NCBI RefSeq assembly: GCF_001194135.2
Contig: NC_068989.1
Coordinates: forward strand, 66,949,549 to 67,001,485
Reading direction: 5' to 3'
Origin: Octopus bimaculoides
Lineage: Eukaryota
DNA: 51,937 nucleotides
Under the pieces are notes generated by a model. It saw only the letters and a program-made list of their open reading frames with translations. It searched no databases and had not been told where the DNA came from. The position numbers and the translations under genes were made by a program. Shown here one piece after another: positions 23,800 through 34,775 of the stretch. The number at the start of each line of letters is the position of its first letter. The first letter of the stretch is position 1.

Positions 23800-24404
23800 A
23801 TTATTAGCAACGTTTAATAAACAGGGAACTGAGTGAAGCCAGGTTCAAACTTGCGTCAATTTCTTGAATATAAAAAGACATTTTTTTAAATAATGGTAAA
23901 TTGAGCTATTTCAGCAAATACTGCTGTTTAAACCAATTCTACTCTGTCAAGTAAATGTTCGAGGTAATGTAACTTAAACAGTCGAACAAAGAGAAAATAA
24001 CTTTGAACATTATGCTACAAATGGAAAATTTTGCTGAGTTAACTGTAAATTGGATGAACATCTAGTTCAAACGCAATTGGATACTGAACAACATTCTCCA
24101 TCATTCCACCTTCCCAAATTAACAAAGTTATCACTAATCCTCACCAAATGATAAACAGTTAACTTTTTATGGAAGTTCGGAGCTAGAGGTAGTTGTTTCT
24201 GATAAGAGTTTTGTCTGTCTATAGAGGATTAAAAAAAAACAGCATTTAAACTTAGTCGTGGTGAATAACGCTTATAATTTGGATTAATCAGTGTAGACTG
24301 ACTACGGAGGTAATGGAAGGAATTAATAATGCAATTATATTAGGATGACATACTCATATTTTCAACAACCTAGAATAAAATAAACAATCGAAAAATTACA
24401 CTGG

Positions 24405-24494
24405 TTGGTTTCAAATTTTGGCACAAGGCCAACAGTTTTGAGGGGAGAAGCCAATCGTCCCCCGAAAGACTGAAAGGCAAAGTCAACCTTACCG
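24405..24494 (-). mobile_element. SINE family B 3' fragment
   Basis: TTGGTTTCAAATTTTGGCACAAGGCC tail on the minus strand. Confidence 0.65.
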
Positions 24495-24599
24495 AGAAAT
24501 TACACTTTTTGCTAAGTAATACATCAATCCCAATACATATCTTGCGTCTTCTATAAATTTCCTTGGAATAAATATTTCAATGTATGGGATTAAATTATG

Positions 24600-24978
24600 T
24601 CTATAATAATAAACGCGAAATTTTGTTTGTCCGTCCGTCTGGGACTCCTGTATCCTAGTCTGCATTTGTACTTCATAGACATATTATAACTTTTTTGAAA
24701 TCAGGATCATCCAGGAATTGAAAATTTGCCTTTCATTTGGTTCTTGAACATACAGCATTTGGCTCAGGTCTGGATGAGAATTATATTATATAAAAATTAT
24801 GAAAATTCGAATTTTCAAAGAACTCCATAAATTTGTGAACTTACAAGTTTTTCATTTAAACTGAGTTTAAAGGGTATCAATAAATGCTTTATTATTATTG
24901 CTCTCTTTAGTTTTGGGCCGCAGGTGCAATTGCCCTCCGTAAGAACTAACTTAAATGTCTGCACGGCTTTTAAGCTAG
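24600..24978 (+). mobile_element. Possible non-autonomous Helitron-like element
   Basis: Starts TCTATAATAATAAA...GTTTGTCCGTCCGTC and ends GCACGG...GCTAG followed by T. The 3' hairpin is degenerate and the 5' flank is G, not A. Confidence 0.35.
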
Positions 24979-25317
24979 TAAGAATAAGCAAAACTTAACT
25001 AATTAGTGTTCCGAAAATAAAATGAAATTGAGAAATATTTGAATTTATAAAGATATGACAGATTTACACTAAAATTTACAGACATAGTGTAGACTCTTTA
25101 TGCAGCAACAATGAATGTGTTTAGTAGGTGAATTCATCATGAACAAGTTTTTAAAAAAACAAAACGATTTGCTATACAATTATTTACTGAACGTGAAACA
25201 ACAGTTAGTGTTGACGTTTCTGAATTTGCAGTAACAAAGAAAATATTTCAGAAGGTAAAGTCCTTAGTGTATCGGTCATATCATAGAGAGTACAGTTAGA
25301 TGCTATTTGTAGCAATT

Positions 25318-25585
25318 GTAGGCCTGGTTCTCCGTCGGTTAGGATGGGAATGTTCCAGTCGATATGATCAACCCCAAACAGCCTACTTGTGAAATTAATG
25401 TGCACTCCACAGACATGCGTACCCTGAACATAGTTCTCAGGAAGATTCATCGTGACACAAAATGTGACAAGACTGGCCCCTTTGTATTACAGGTAGAGCT
25501 CATTTTTGCCAGCTGAGTGAACCGGAGCAACGTGAAATAAAATTACTTGCTCAAGGACACAAAGCGCCGCCGGGAATTGAACTTA
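25318..25585 (-). mobile_element. SINE: CORE-like domain plus family A-type tail
   Basis: TGTGTCCTTGAGCAAG...CACTCAGCTGGCAAAAATGAG joined to the A tail. Confidence 0.75.
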
Positions 25586-25860
25586 AATTCAATTTCTGTT
25601 GTTGTTATTGTTTTTATAGTTTCAGGTTAGTCTGTCAGCAGTTTGCTAGGCTGGCCTTCATAGATTTGAAAATTGTTCACGTGCCAAGTAAAGCCATCAG
25701 TCATATTGATACATTTAGTAGACTAAAGTAGGACTCAGATCGGTTTGATACAGTGTTATTTACGGATGTTTTACATTCTCACAATTGAGGATAACATAAT
25801 CTTTGCTGATGCTCAGACAGTTGAAGATATTAAAAACCATTTTAATGCATTCATGTCCGT

Positions 25861-26075
25861 TTAACCCTATTGTTATCTTATTCTGTTTAAATATACTGCA
25901 ATGTTTGAATTAATTTTATGAAAATAAGGAGAATTTTAGCAAAATAACTTTGTTATTCAGTTAGTGTTTGGAATATAAATTAACATTAAATTTTGGTGGA
26001 AGGTTGTAATTTAGATCACTTTAAAACAAGAAGTTTGAATTATAGAACCAAGAACAGTATCAGACATGTTAGTGT
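25861..26075. mobile_element. AT-rich MITE-like repeat with TTAA-CCC end (piggyBac-like?)
   Basis: Homologous to the reverse complement of 49847-50060. Only one clear terminus. Confidence 0.45.
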
Positions 26076-26089
26076 TAAAATATATTCAG

Positions 26090-29000
26090 CGCTACCATGG
26101 CCAAGCAATTTATGCAGGGACAACTGAAAGAAATCATGGAATCAAATAAAGCGAAGGTTATGCAAGTTTTCACCGTAAATTAGTTATGAAAATTGAGATA
26201 ATGGAATTTTTAAAAAGCGCAGTTTCATAGCGATCCTTCTGAGGAAAAGAAAAATGAAAGATATCACAAAACAAAGAGGCTATGCGTCGAGAGAATATGA
26301 GAAATAGGGATTGAAGCTTTCGCAGCTGGAGGATTCATTTGCGACGAAATTGTTTCAACGGCTTCGAGGAAAGTAAGAACGATGAAACTTGGCAGAATCC
26401 AAAAGCAAGCTACAAACATTCTTCAAAGATACTTTGGAGCTGCAAAAAGAAGTAAACATTGAGTTGGATCGCCGCATAGGGAAGAAAAAAATGAATGATT
26501 GTAGCCAAGCCCCCAGATTTTCATGATCGTCAATCTGTCTTGGAAACGTTCAGAGAACTGAAATTGTGGGGGACATTGAATTAATGTAAACGAGGATTTC
26601 TCGAAAAAGATTATCGGTATCAAGAGGTTATTCGCGAAAAAACGACGTAAAAATAAACTTTATGTCTGAGTTTCTTATAAGACTTTAATCAAAGAACGAA
26701 AGAATAATGAAAATGAAAAAGATGCAGAAATCGGACTAAATGAATAAGCTTTTAATTTTTTAGTGGAATCAAAATATTTTAAACTTCTCCATTAAAAGCT
26801 AAAATGAATAGCACTGATGGTATATATCTTTCAGTAGTTATATCTCTAAGTTATTACGTATTTTGAGAAATAACAATAATTTACTCGTACGTGATGATAT
26901 AGATCCTGATGATTTTGCAAATTCGCAACTTTCAGAAAGTGTCATTGACACTCTGTTCTATTACACTCCATTTAGTGAGATTTCGTACTCATTTATAATC
27001 GAAAATTCACAGTCAATTATAAATTTTAGCATAGAATCTTTGTCAAAAAAATTTGATGAGTTGGAAATATTGTTATCGGCTTTCCGTTTTAAATTTTCTG
27101 TTTTTTACCTTCGAGAAACTGTGGCAAGAGGCAAAAAAGAAGATTTAAATTCAAATTATGAATTACCTGGTTATAAATGTTTTATGTACTTTTAGGATAC
27201 AATATGAGAGGTGGGGGCCTCTGTATGTATTTAATGAAGGATTTGAACAGCTGTGAAATTAGTAATGAAGACCCTGAAGCTCAATTCATTCAAGTAATAA
27301 AACCGAAAAAATAAAATATTTTACTTGCAAACATATATTGGTCACCAAAATAAAGCTAACGTCCTCACTGATATTAGACAGAAGCCAAGATTCATTTCTG
27401 GTGATATTAATCTCAACTTATTTGCATACGAGACAGATCCAAAGGCTAGAAACTTTCTCCAAAAAATTAATCAAAGTTATCTTATGCCTTCCATCACTAA
27501 TGTAACAACCAAAAAAAACTTGCATTGACAACATATTCTTTAATTTAAGTTATAGACAGGATATAAAATCAGGCATTGTATGTGCAAGAATCAGTGATCA
27601 TTATCCAATCTTCTTAGTAATAAGGGATATTCAGTGCAGCCCTAAAAATCTACAGGAGAAAATAAAGGTTAAAAGGAGGACATTCATGCAGGAAATTTTT
27701 AGTCTTTTCCACAAGCTCGAAGAATCTAATTGGTTGTCTGCTATCAACACACGTGACTCAAAGAGATCTTCTGGAAATTTTCTTAGCTAATTTAGAACGT
27801 CTTTATAATGAATATTTTTGTATAAAAGAAAAATTGGTGAATGGAAAGAGTATTTTCAACAGATGAATGACTGCAGGAATTTTGCGTAGTTCTAAGCGAA
27901 AACAAAGGTTGTATTTGAAATACATATAAAAGAAAACTCCCGATAATGAGGAAAGGTTCAAGACATATGCTGAAGAAGTCAATAAAATGTTTACCAATGT
28001 TGGTCCAAAACTTGCGTCAAAAATACCAAGAGACAATAAAAATTTCCTTGAACTTATAAAAACGATTCATTTATTCAAAATGAATCCAGTAACAGATGAA
28101 GAACTGAAGAACGCATTCACTCGTCCGAAGACAAACGAAGTGCCGGGATGACTCCTTGAGTATAAGGATTGTTAAAATTGTATATAAATCAATAAAAGTC
28201 TTATAGAATTCCGGTGTAGATTATGGGCTGATAGAACTCATTAATGAAATCACTACAGCTATGTCAAATGAACATGTTGCACTTGGAGTATTCATAGACT
28301 TCAGTAAAGGTTTCGAGACATTGTTGATAATAGAATACTAAAAAAAAACTTGAAATCTATGGAGATACTGAGAAAAAATTATTATGGTTCGGAAGTTACC
28401 TAGGCATAGACGCCAGTTTGTGCAATTTGTTGACACTGAATTCGAGTACAAACCAATATCTTGCGCTGTTCCTCGAAGTTCAATATTAGGTCCCCTCCTT
28501 TTTCCTATATATGTTAATGTTATGCACCACACAGTTCCACTTCTAAATGTTATCATGTGTGCCGATGATACAATTCTTTTCTTGGCTAGTAAAGTTTACC
28601 GCCCATTACTCAAAGTAATGACCAACCAATTATCACTCATAAGTGACTGGTATTCAGCAAATAAGATTTCTCTGAAGGGATATAAAGCGAAGTACACTCT
28701 ATTCTGTTCATCAGCTAATGATGATAATCTGCCTTTACAGCCACCAAAACTTCGCTCTGGCCCAAAACAAGTCAAAAGGTCCAGATATATAAAATTTATT
28801 GGAATCCTTATTGATGGAAATTTGAATTGGAAATTGCACATTCAAGCAATAGAATCCTAACTGTCGATACAAATTAGAATAATTTGTAGGGGACATAAGT
28901 TTTTGGACAACAAAGCGATGAATATGTTATGTATGTATATATATATATATATATATATNNNNNNNNNNNNNNNNNNNNNNNNNNNNNNNNNNNNNNNNNN

Positions 29001-29560
29001 NNNNNNNNNNNNNNNNNNNNNNNNNNNNNNNNNNNNNNNNNNNNNNNNNNNNNNNNNNNNNNNNNNNNNNNNNNNNNNNNNNNNNNNNNNNNNNNNNNNN
29101 NNNNNNNNNNNNNNNNNNNNNNNNNNNNNNNNNNNNNNNNNNNNNNNNNNNNNNNNNNNNNNNNNNNNNNNNNNNNNNNNNNNNNNNNNNNNNNNNNNNN
29201 NNNNNNNNNNNNNNNNNNNNNNNNNNNNNNNNNNNNNNNNNNNNNNNNNNNNNNNNNNNNNNNNNNNNNNNNNNNNNNNNNNNNNNNNNNNNNNNNNNNN
29301 NNNNNNNNNNNNNNNNNNNNNNNNNNNNNNNNNNNNNNNNNNNNNNNNNNNNNNNNNNNNNCACACACACACACAAATACACGCAAACACACACACATAA
29401 ACACACATGTCAACAAACACTGAAGAAAACAAGAGCTTGTATAATAACCAAATTTTGATATTAAAAATAATACTGAAAATGTACAGCTTTGGAAAACATT
29501 ACACATGAACTGAGGGTATGAACAAAATACTGGAAATGTGTTGGTCATAATTAACTCGAT
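26090..29560 (+). mobile_element. Decayed near-full-length CR1-group (L2/Crack-like) LINE
   Basis: ORF1-like remnant at about 26290-26690. APE remnants: SLSKKFDELE..L, ET, RGGG, GDINLNL, CIDNI, SDHYPI. RT remnants: GVFIDFSKGF, VPRSSILGPLLF.IYVN, ADDT, KFIGILID.NLNWK.HI. Interrupted by a microsatellite and gap at 28930-29400; the 3' boundary is uncertain. Confidence 0.85.
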
Positions 29561-29731
29561 CTCTACATTTCTTAAACTGAATCTTTTTATTTTCGAGCAG
29601 TAGCTTGGAGATCGTTATGAAATAATAATATTCCATCTCCCCTCGATCCAGTGTTTATATGACAGAGGTGTCAGGCAGTGCTCAGCATTCATTTAATTAA
29701 AGGACTGGTGAAACCGACTTGGCTGCGAGAA

Positions 29732-29955
29732 AATTCAAAGGTCTGCCTACCTACAATCTTAAATTAAAAGTCTTGCCTACACTCCAAAATTAAAAGTATT
29801 CTCTAGAGTTCAAACTTAAATTCCTACCTATGCCCCAGAATTAAAAGCCTTGACTACACTCCAAAATTGAAGGTCCTGCTTGGAGTCCAAAAATAAAAGC
29901 CCTGCGTACATTCCGAAATTAAAAGTTCTGCTTACAATACAAAATTGAAAGTTAT
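29732..29955. repeat. Degenerate 26-bp minisatellite, about 8-9 units
   Basis: Unit approximately AAATTAAAAGTCTTGCCTACACTCCA, e.g. starting at 29761 and 29787. Confidence 0.8.
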
Positions 29956-30499
29956 ACCAATTTTCTGCCTAGAGTTCAAGATCTAACGGTTCAACAAAAA
30001 AAGTCGTCATTCAAGTATTCAAGTTTACATTAAAAGTTTACAGTTTTTGTGAAATGTTTGATGAGTATTTGCTAAAATTCCTTTTCTACAATCGTTGTAC
30101 ATTTATTTGTTGCGTACAAGTTATCTCTAGCTGAGAGGCTGTCAAACAATTTAGAATAGCAGTAACTCTTTTTATGAGGTTGGACAAATGATTCTCTCCA
30201 AAACCTTTGCAATAAATTTATCTGAAAATGCCCGTTATCTAATTCATTCTGGCAGAAACAGCTTGGGTTAAATTAGCATAAAACAATAACCTCTAAATAT
30301 CGTTGCTAATCATAATTTCCGTTTTCAATCAATAGAAGAAAGCAGTAACCTTTCTGAAGTAGCCGTTCAAATTCAGATTATTGTTAATTGTGATACTGAA
30401 GGAAATAATGTTGTCAATAAGCTGACATAACTAATTTCGACATCTCTCATAAAACCACAATTTCATCATGTGATCTATTGTTGTAATACTCCTAATAAG

Positions 30500-30639
30500 T
30501 AAGGCGGCGAGCTGGCAGAAACGTTAGCACGCCGGGCGAAATGCTTAGCAGTATTTCGTCTATCTTTACGTTCTGAGTTCAAATTCCGCCGAGGTCGACT
30601 TTGCTTTTCATACTTTCGGGGTCGATAAATTAAGTACCA
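30500..30639 (+). mobile_element. SINE family B, 3'-truncated by the next element
   Basis: Clean head and B-box; breaks off at TAAGTACCA. Confidence 0.88.
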
Positions 30640-30913
30640 TATAGTTCTATATTTAAGAGATGAGGAATTATGTACATTATTTACAATTGACGGGCATTTG
30701 TCCTCATCTTGTTTATTGTTAACCCAACGTTTCGGCTGATATACCCTCCAGTCTTCATCAGGTGTCTTGAAATTTCCAACTTGGGTTCTCATTCCTAAGG
30801 TATTTCTCGATGTTGTTGTTGTTGTTATTATTATTATTCAGGTCACTGCCTGGAATCGAACTCGGAATCTTGGGGTTAGTAGCCCGCGCTCTTAACCACT
30901 ACGCTATATGCCC
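30640..30913 (-). mobile_element. tRNA-headed SINE-like element (family D) with a hammerhead-ribozyme-containing tail
   Basis: 73-nt tRNA-like head at 30841-30913 (TAGCGTAGTGG A-box, GTTCGATTCC B-box), (AAT)n(AAC)n linker, HHR motif at 30721-30766. Confidence 0.8.
30721..30766 (-). ncRNA. Minimal type-I hammerhead ribozyme motif
   Basis: GACAC-CUGAUGA-A-GACUG(GAGGGUAUAU)CAGCC-GAAACGUU-GGGUU. Canonical core; one mismatch each in stems I and II; palindromic stem III. Confidence 0.75.
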
Positions 30914-31305
30914 ACTGGCATTCTGAGATGAAATCATTCATTTTGGTTATGATGTACAGTATAGACTCTACTTAACTTATACCAGAATGACCTTGAACTT
31001 TTGTACCTATTTTGCGTCTGTTCCGTTTATTATTACTTCATGTGTTATAAGAAAGAAAGAAAGAAAGAGAGGGAAAATAGACAGAGAGAGAAGAAAGAAA
31101 ATCATAGACAGATGATGTCTGGTTTTAGTTTCACCTTGAGGAATAAACAGAGACAGAATCTCTTTGAAGTAGCATGGCAGAGAGACAGACAGACAGACAG
31201 ACAGAGAATATAGAGGATGAGAGAGAATAGAGGAGACATAGAAAGAAAATAATTGAGAGATGGTGTCTGGTTTTTTGTTCACTTTGTGGGACACACAGAA
31301 TCTCC

Positions 31306-31337
<32 letters not shown>

Positions 31338-31753
31338 NNNNNNNNNNNNNNNNNNNNNNNNNNNNNNNNNNNNNNNNNNNNNNNNNNNNNNNNNNNNNNN
31401 NNNNNNNNNNNNNNNNNNNNNNNNNNNNNNNNNNNNNNNNNNNNNNNNNNNNNNNNNNNNNNNNNNNNNNNNNNNNNNNNNNNNNNNNNNNNNNNNNNNN
31501 NNNNNNNNNNNNNNNNNNNNNNNNNNNNNNNNNNNNNNNNNNNNNNNNNNNNNNNNNNNNNNNNNNNNNNNNNNNNNNNNNNNNNNNNNNNNNNNNNNNN
31601 NNNNNNNNNNNNNNNNNNNNNNNNNNNNNNNNNNNNNNNNNNNNNNNNNNNNNNNNNNNNNNNNNNNNNNNNNNNNNNNNNNNNNNNNNNNNNNNNNNNN
31701 NNNNNNNNNNNNNNNNNNNNNNNNNNNNNNNNNNNNNNNNNNNNNNNNNNNNN

Positions 31754-31795
<42 letters not shown>

Positions 31796-31798
<3 letters not shown>

Positions 31799-31990
31799 AA
31801 AAATTAAAAAAACACAAAGATGAAGTAAAACAACAAACAGCAAGTATTAGGTTTTACGCTCAGAAAAAAATTAGAAGTCTTTAACGTTTCGAACATATGC
31901 TCTTCTACGGAAAGAGGGATGAAAAGAGAAAAAATAGAGAGGAGAGAAGACAACAAATTTGTCTCCATTAGATACTCATCTGACGAGGAT
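31796..31990 (-). mobile_element. PLE-type non-autonomous 3' end with variant HHR-like motif
   Basis: Related to 46101-46260; motif at 31879-31914; adjoins an (AT)n run. Confidence 0.55.
31879..31914 (-). ncRNA. Hammerhead-like motif with variant core (U4C, A6U)
   Basis: CUUU-CCGUAGA-A-GAGC(AUAU)GUUC-GAAACGUU-AAAG. Confidence 0.5.
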
Positions 31991-32505
31991 GATGAACCCG
32001 ACACACACACATGTATAACAGATGCATGCAGGTGTACTAAAACTTAATTCCTATTTTCTTCTCTTATACTCATGTTTCCAATTTACTCAAGTGGACAAAT
32101 TGCTGCATATTGTGTGAAATTATTGTGAAATTATTGCATATTGTGGGTCTACGCAGTAACAACCGCTGTCTTAGTTATTGCAAACACACTATTGCTTTTT
32201 AGCCTTTTCCCGTATTTATGTAACGCTTTGGTATTTTCTGTTTTCATTTTTTGTTTTTACGTTTAACTTGTTGAAGTACTAATTATTCATGTAATACTAA
32301 AATGCAAAGTTTTAGAAACTCAGCATGTTATTACAATAATTATTATTACGAAAAACGAGATTAATTGTTTGTGAACACCCAAGGAGACATTTCCTTCATT
32401 TGTTGATTCTACGCTTAAATTCTTGAATAACCGATTAATTCCCAGCATGACACTTAAAAATAATGTTTTAGAAACAATATTTTCGAATATATTTTAATAA
32501 TAAAT

Positions 32506-32564
32506 ATTAAAAGAACGAACTGACCATTAAAAGAATGAACTGACCATTAAAAGAATGAACTGAC
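32506..32564. repeat. 20-bp tandem repeat x3
   Basis: ATTAAAAGAATGAACTGACC. Confidence 0.9.
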
Positions 32565-32792
32565 ACTCTAGAAAAAGAGGAAAGCAAGAGAGAGAAAAAA
32601 GAAAGAAAGAAAGAAAGAATGGGAGCTATTAGAAATTTAATAAAATAGTTATCAATTTATCGTTATCTTTCTAAATGATCTAAACTTTATATTAATAAGT
32701 TTGCATATTAATAAGTTATCCGTTATTAGCCCACAGCGAAGTTGGCGAGCTGGCAGAATCGTTTGCACGCCGGTCGAACTGCTTCGCGGTAT

Positions 32793-34419
32793 AACGATTC
32801 TGTGAATTATTGTGAATACGGTTGTGTTACTTTGTGAAAACTGTCTCGGTGAATAATCGTGATTTTTGTGGAATTATTACGGTTGCATTTCACGTGAGCT
32901 GCTGCATTTTTCCCAGCTATGGCAAGTGGTAGTGTCTCCGGTATGGAGAGCTACGCCAAAGCCACGCGGTGAGGAAGCCAGTGCCGCTGGAAACCAAGTT
33001 AATCAAGTTGGATATGGAGGAGGTGACTAGAAGCAGGAATTTGGTAGAAGTTGGGGGAGATTCATACAAATTGTGCCCCGCAAAAGAGACTAAAGAAAAC
33101 AAAATTCTAAGGACAGTTGTGTATCGTACACAGGCTGTCGAATCCTGTAAAATTGAAATGGTGACGTAAGAGGAAATCGAGGAGTGCTTGGGTGAAATTG
33201 TGAATGAAGCCACGTATATCAACAGAGGAAGAAATTTCGGTACGGTAGAGGTGAGGTTCGCCACTATAGAAGAGGCAACCAAGCATGCGACCAACATTTT
33301 AAGAAGTGAAAAAATAGCATTACTACCAAGTTATAGAGGAAGAAGAAGTGTGAAAATACGTATTCCCAGAGTTATACCAGATATTAAACCAGAGCGGTTG
33401 GTTGCAACAGTGCTGGCTGCAACCAAGGAGGAGCCGGAATTGGGACCAGTGGTGAAATCAAAAGTGCGCAAATGGTGGGGATTTGGACTCGAAATGTGGT
33501 TTTTTGCCACATTCGAGGACATAGAAAGAATTCCCTACCAGATAGAAGTGGAGGATGAGAGAACGTTAAATGTTGTAGTCGAGGGAAGGAAACCAAATTG
33601 CTACATATGCGGGGAAAGAGGTCATACGAAGACCAAATGCCCCCAATATGAGTTCACACAGCCACAGCAAGAGAAAGCACAAGCAGAGGAGGAAAAAATT
33701 GTAGACCACACTGGGGAAATAAAAGAGAGACAGAAGTGTGAAACAGAGAAAACTAAGAAGAACGAAAATGGAGCTACTATCCCTAAAAAGCGAAGGAAAA
33801 ACAAGTCAAAGGAACGGTCAACAGAAAACAAAAAAGAGATAGAAAAGCCAGAAACTAATAATGTACAAGAGGAGGAGAGAACAGATAAAGATGTGAAATA
33901 CAAGGGGCTTTTGATAAAGTACGAGAATTGCGAGCAGATGGAGAGAAAAGTCGAGAGGCTGGAGGAAATAATAAGAGTGAAAATGCCAGAGAAATGTGCT
34001 GAGAAATGCATTTTGATACACGAGGAAAACTATTGGGAGTACATAAAAGAAACTGGTGGAAATGTAATAACGAAACGGGTATAGTTGGTGGAGACACCAC
34101 CCCCTATAACTGATTATTTGCAGTTGATAAGGACGGAAGTAACAATTGTTAATGGGAGAAAGGTAACGCGAGTGTTTGAATTTTTTGAGTTACAAAACCT
34201 TAAAATGTTTACATGACGTTGAAGGTAAAGTGAAAAACTGGATAAATGTAACCACCCGACTTCGGGGATCGAGTGGACATTGCGCCTCATTTTTTTCATT
34301 CTTGCATATTATCATTTAATTTTAATTACTCCGATTTTATGTTTGCGTTTTGTACTGTCTTTATGTTTTGTGATGTCTTAAAAATTCTTTGTATAGCCCT
34401 TTATGGGTAATAAAGAAAT
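32793..34419 (+). mobile_element. ORF1-only non-LTR retroelement (L1/Tx1-like, HAL1-type)
   Basis: 6-bp TSD CGGTAT (32787-32792, 34420-34425), 5' UTR, ORF1, 335-bp 3' region ending AATAAAGAAAT. No EN or RT. Confidence 0.8.
32919..34084 (+). pseudogene. LINE ORF1 (gag-like nucleic-acid-binding protein) with CCHC zinc knuckle
   Basis: MASGSVSGMESYAKA start, one frameshift, one in-frame TAA (33167-33169), then 298 open codons with LNVVVEGRKPNCYICGERGHTKTKC (CX2CX4HX4C) and a K/E-rich tail. Confidence 0.85.
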
Positions 34420-34590
34420 CGGTATTTCGTCTGTCTTTACGTTCTGAGTTCAAATTCCACCGAGTTCGACTTTGCCTCTCATCCTTTCGGGGCTCGATAA
34501 ATTAAGTACCAGTTGCGTACTGGAGTCGATCTAATCGATTGCCCCTCTCTCCAAAATTTTCGGGCCCTGTGCCTAGAGAAGAAAAAAATT

Positions 34591-34775
34591 GTTAGCACGC
34601 TGGACGAAATTCTTAGCGGTATTTCGCCCGTCGCTACATTCTGAGTTCAAAATCCGCCGAGGTCGTCTTTACCTTTCATCCTTTCGGGGTCGATAAAATA
34701 AGTTGAACACTGGGGTCGATGTAATCGACTCATCCCCACCTCCCCCAAGCTACCCTTGTAGCAAAATATTTGAAA
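34591..34775 (+). mobile_element. SINE family B, 5'-truncated
   Basis: Starts at GTTAGCACGC; intact CGGTATTTCG site. Confidence 0.8.

Larger units (their letters stand above)
32737..34590 (+). mobile_element. SINE family B split in two (32737-32792 and 34420-34590)
   Basis: The 5' part ends ...CTTCGCGGTAT and the 3' part resumes CGGTATTTCGTC; together they rebuild the family consensus. Confidence 0.85.

Noticed and set aside
30841-30913. Possible tRNA gene (likewise the heads at 5, 10701, 17340 and 41680)
   Set aside because: Acceptor, anticodon and T stems do not pair fully, and each continues into a SINE body.
29732-32564. 26-bp and 20-bp repeats as CRISPR-like arrays
   Set aside because: Contiguous tandem units without unique spacers, eukaryotic context, no cas genes.
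32917-34299. Minus-strand ORFs overlapping ORF1
   Set aside because: Shadow frames of a purine-rich coding strand, with no motifs.
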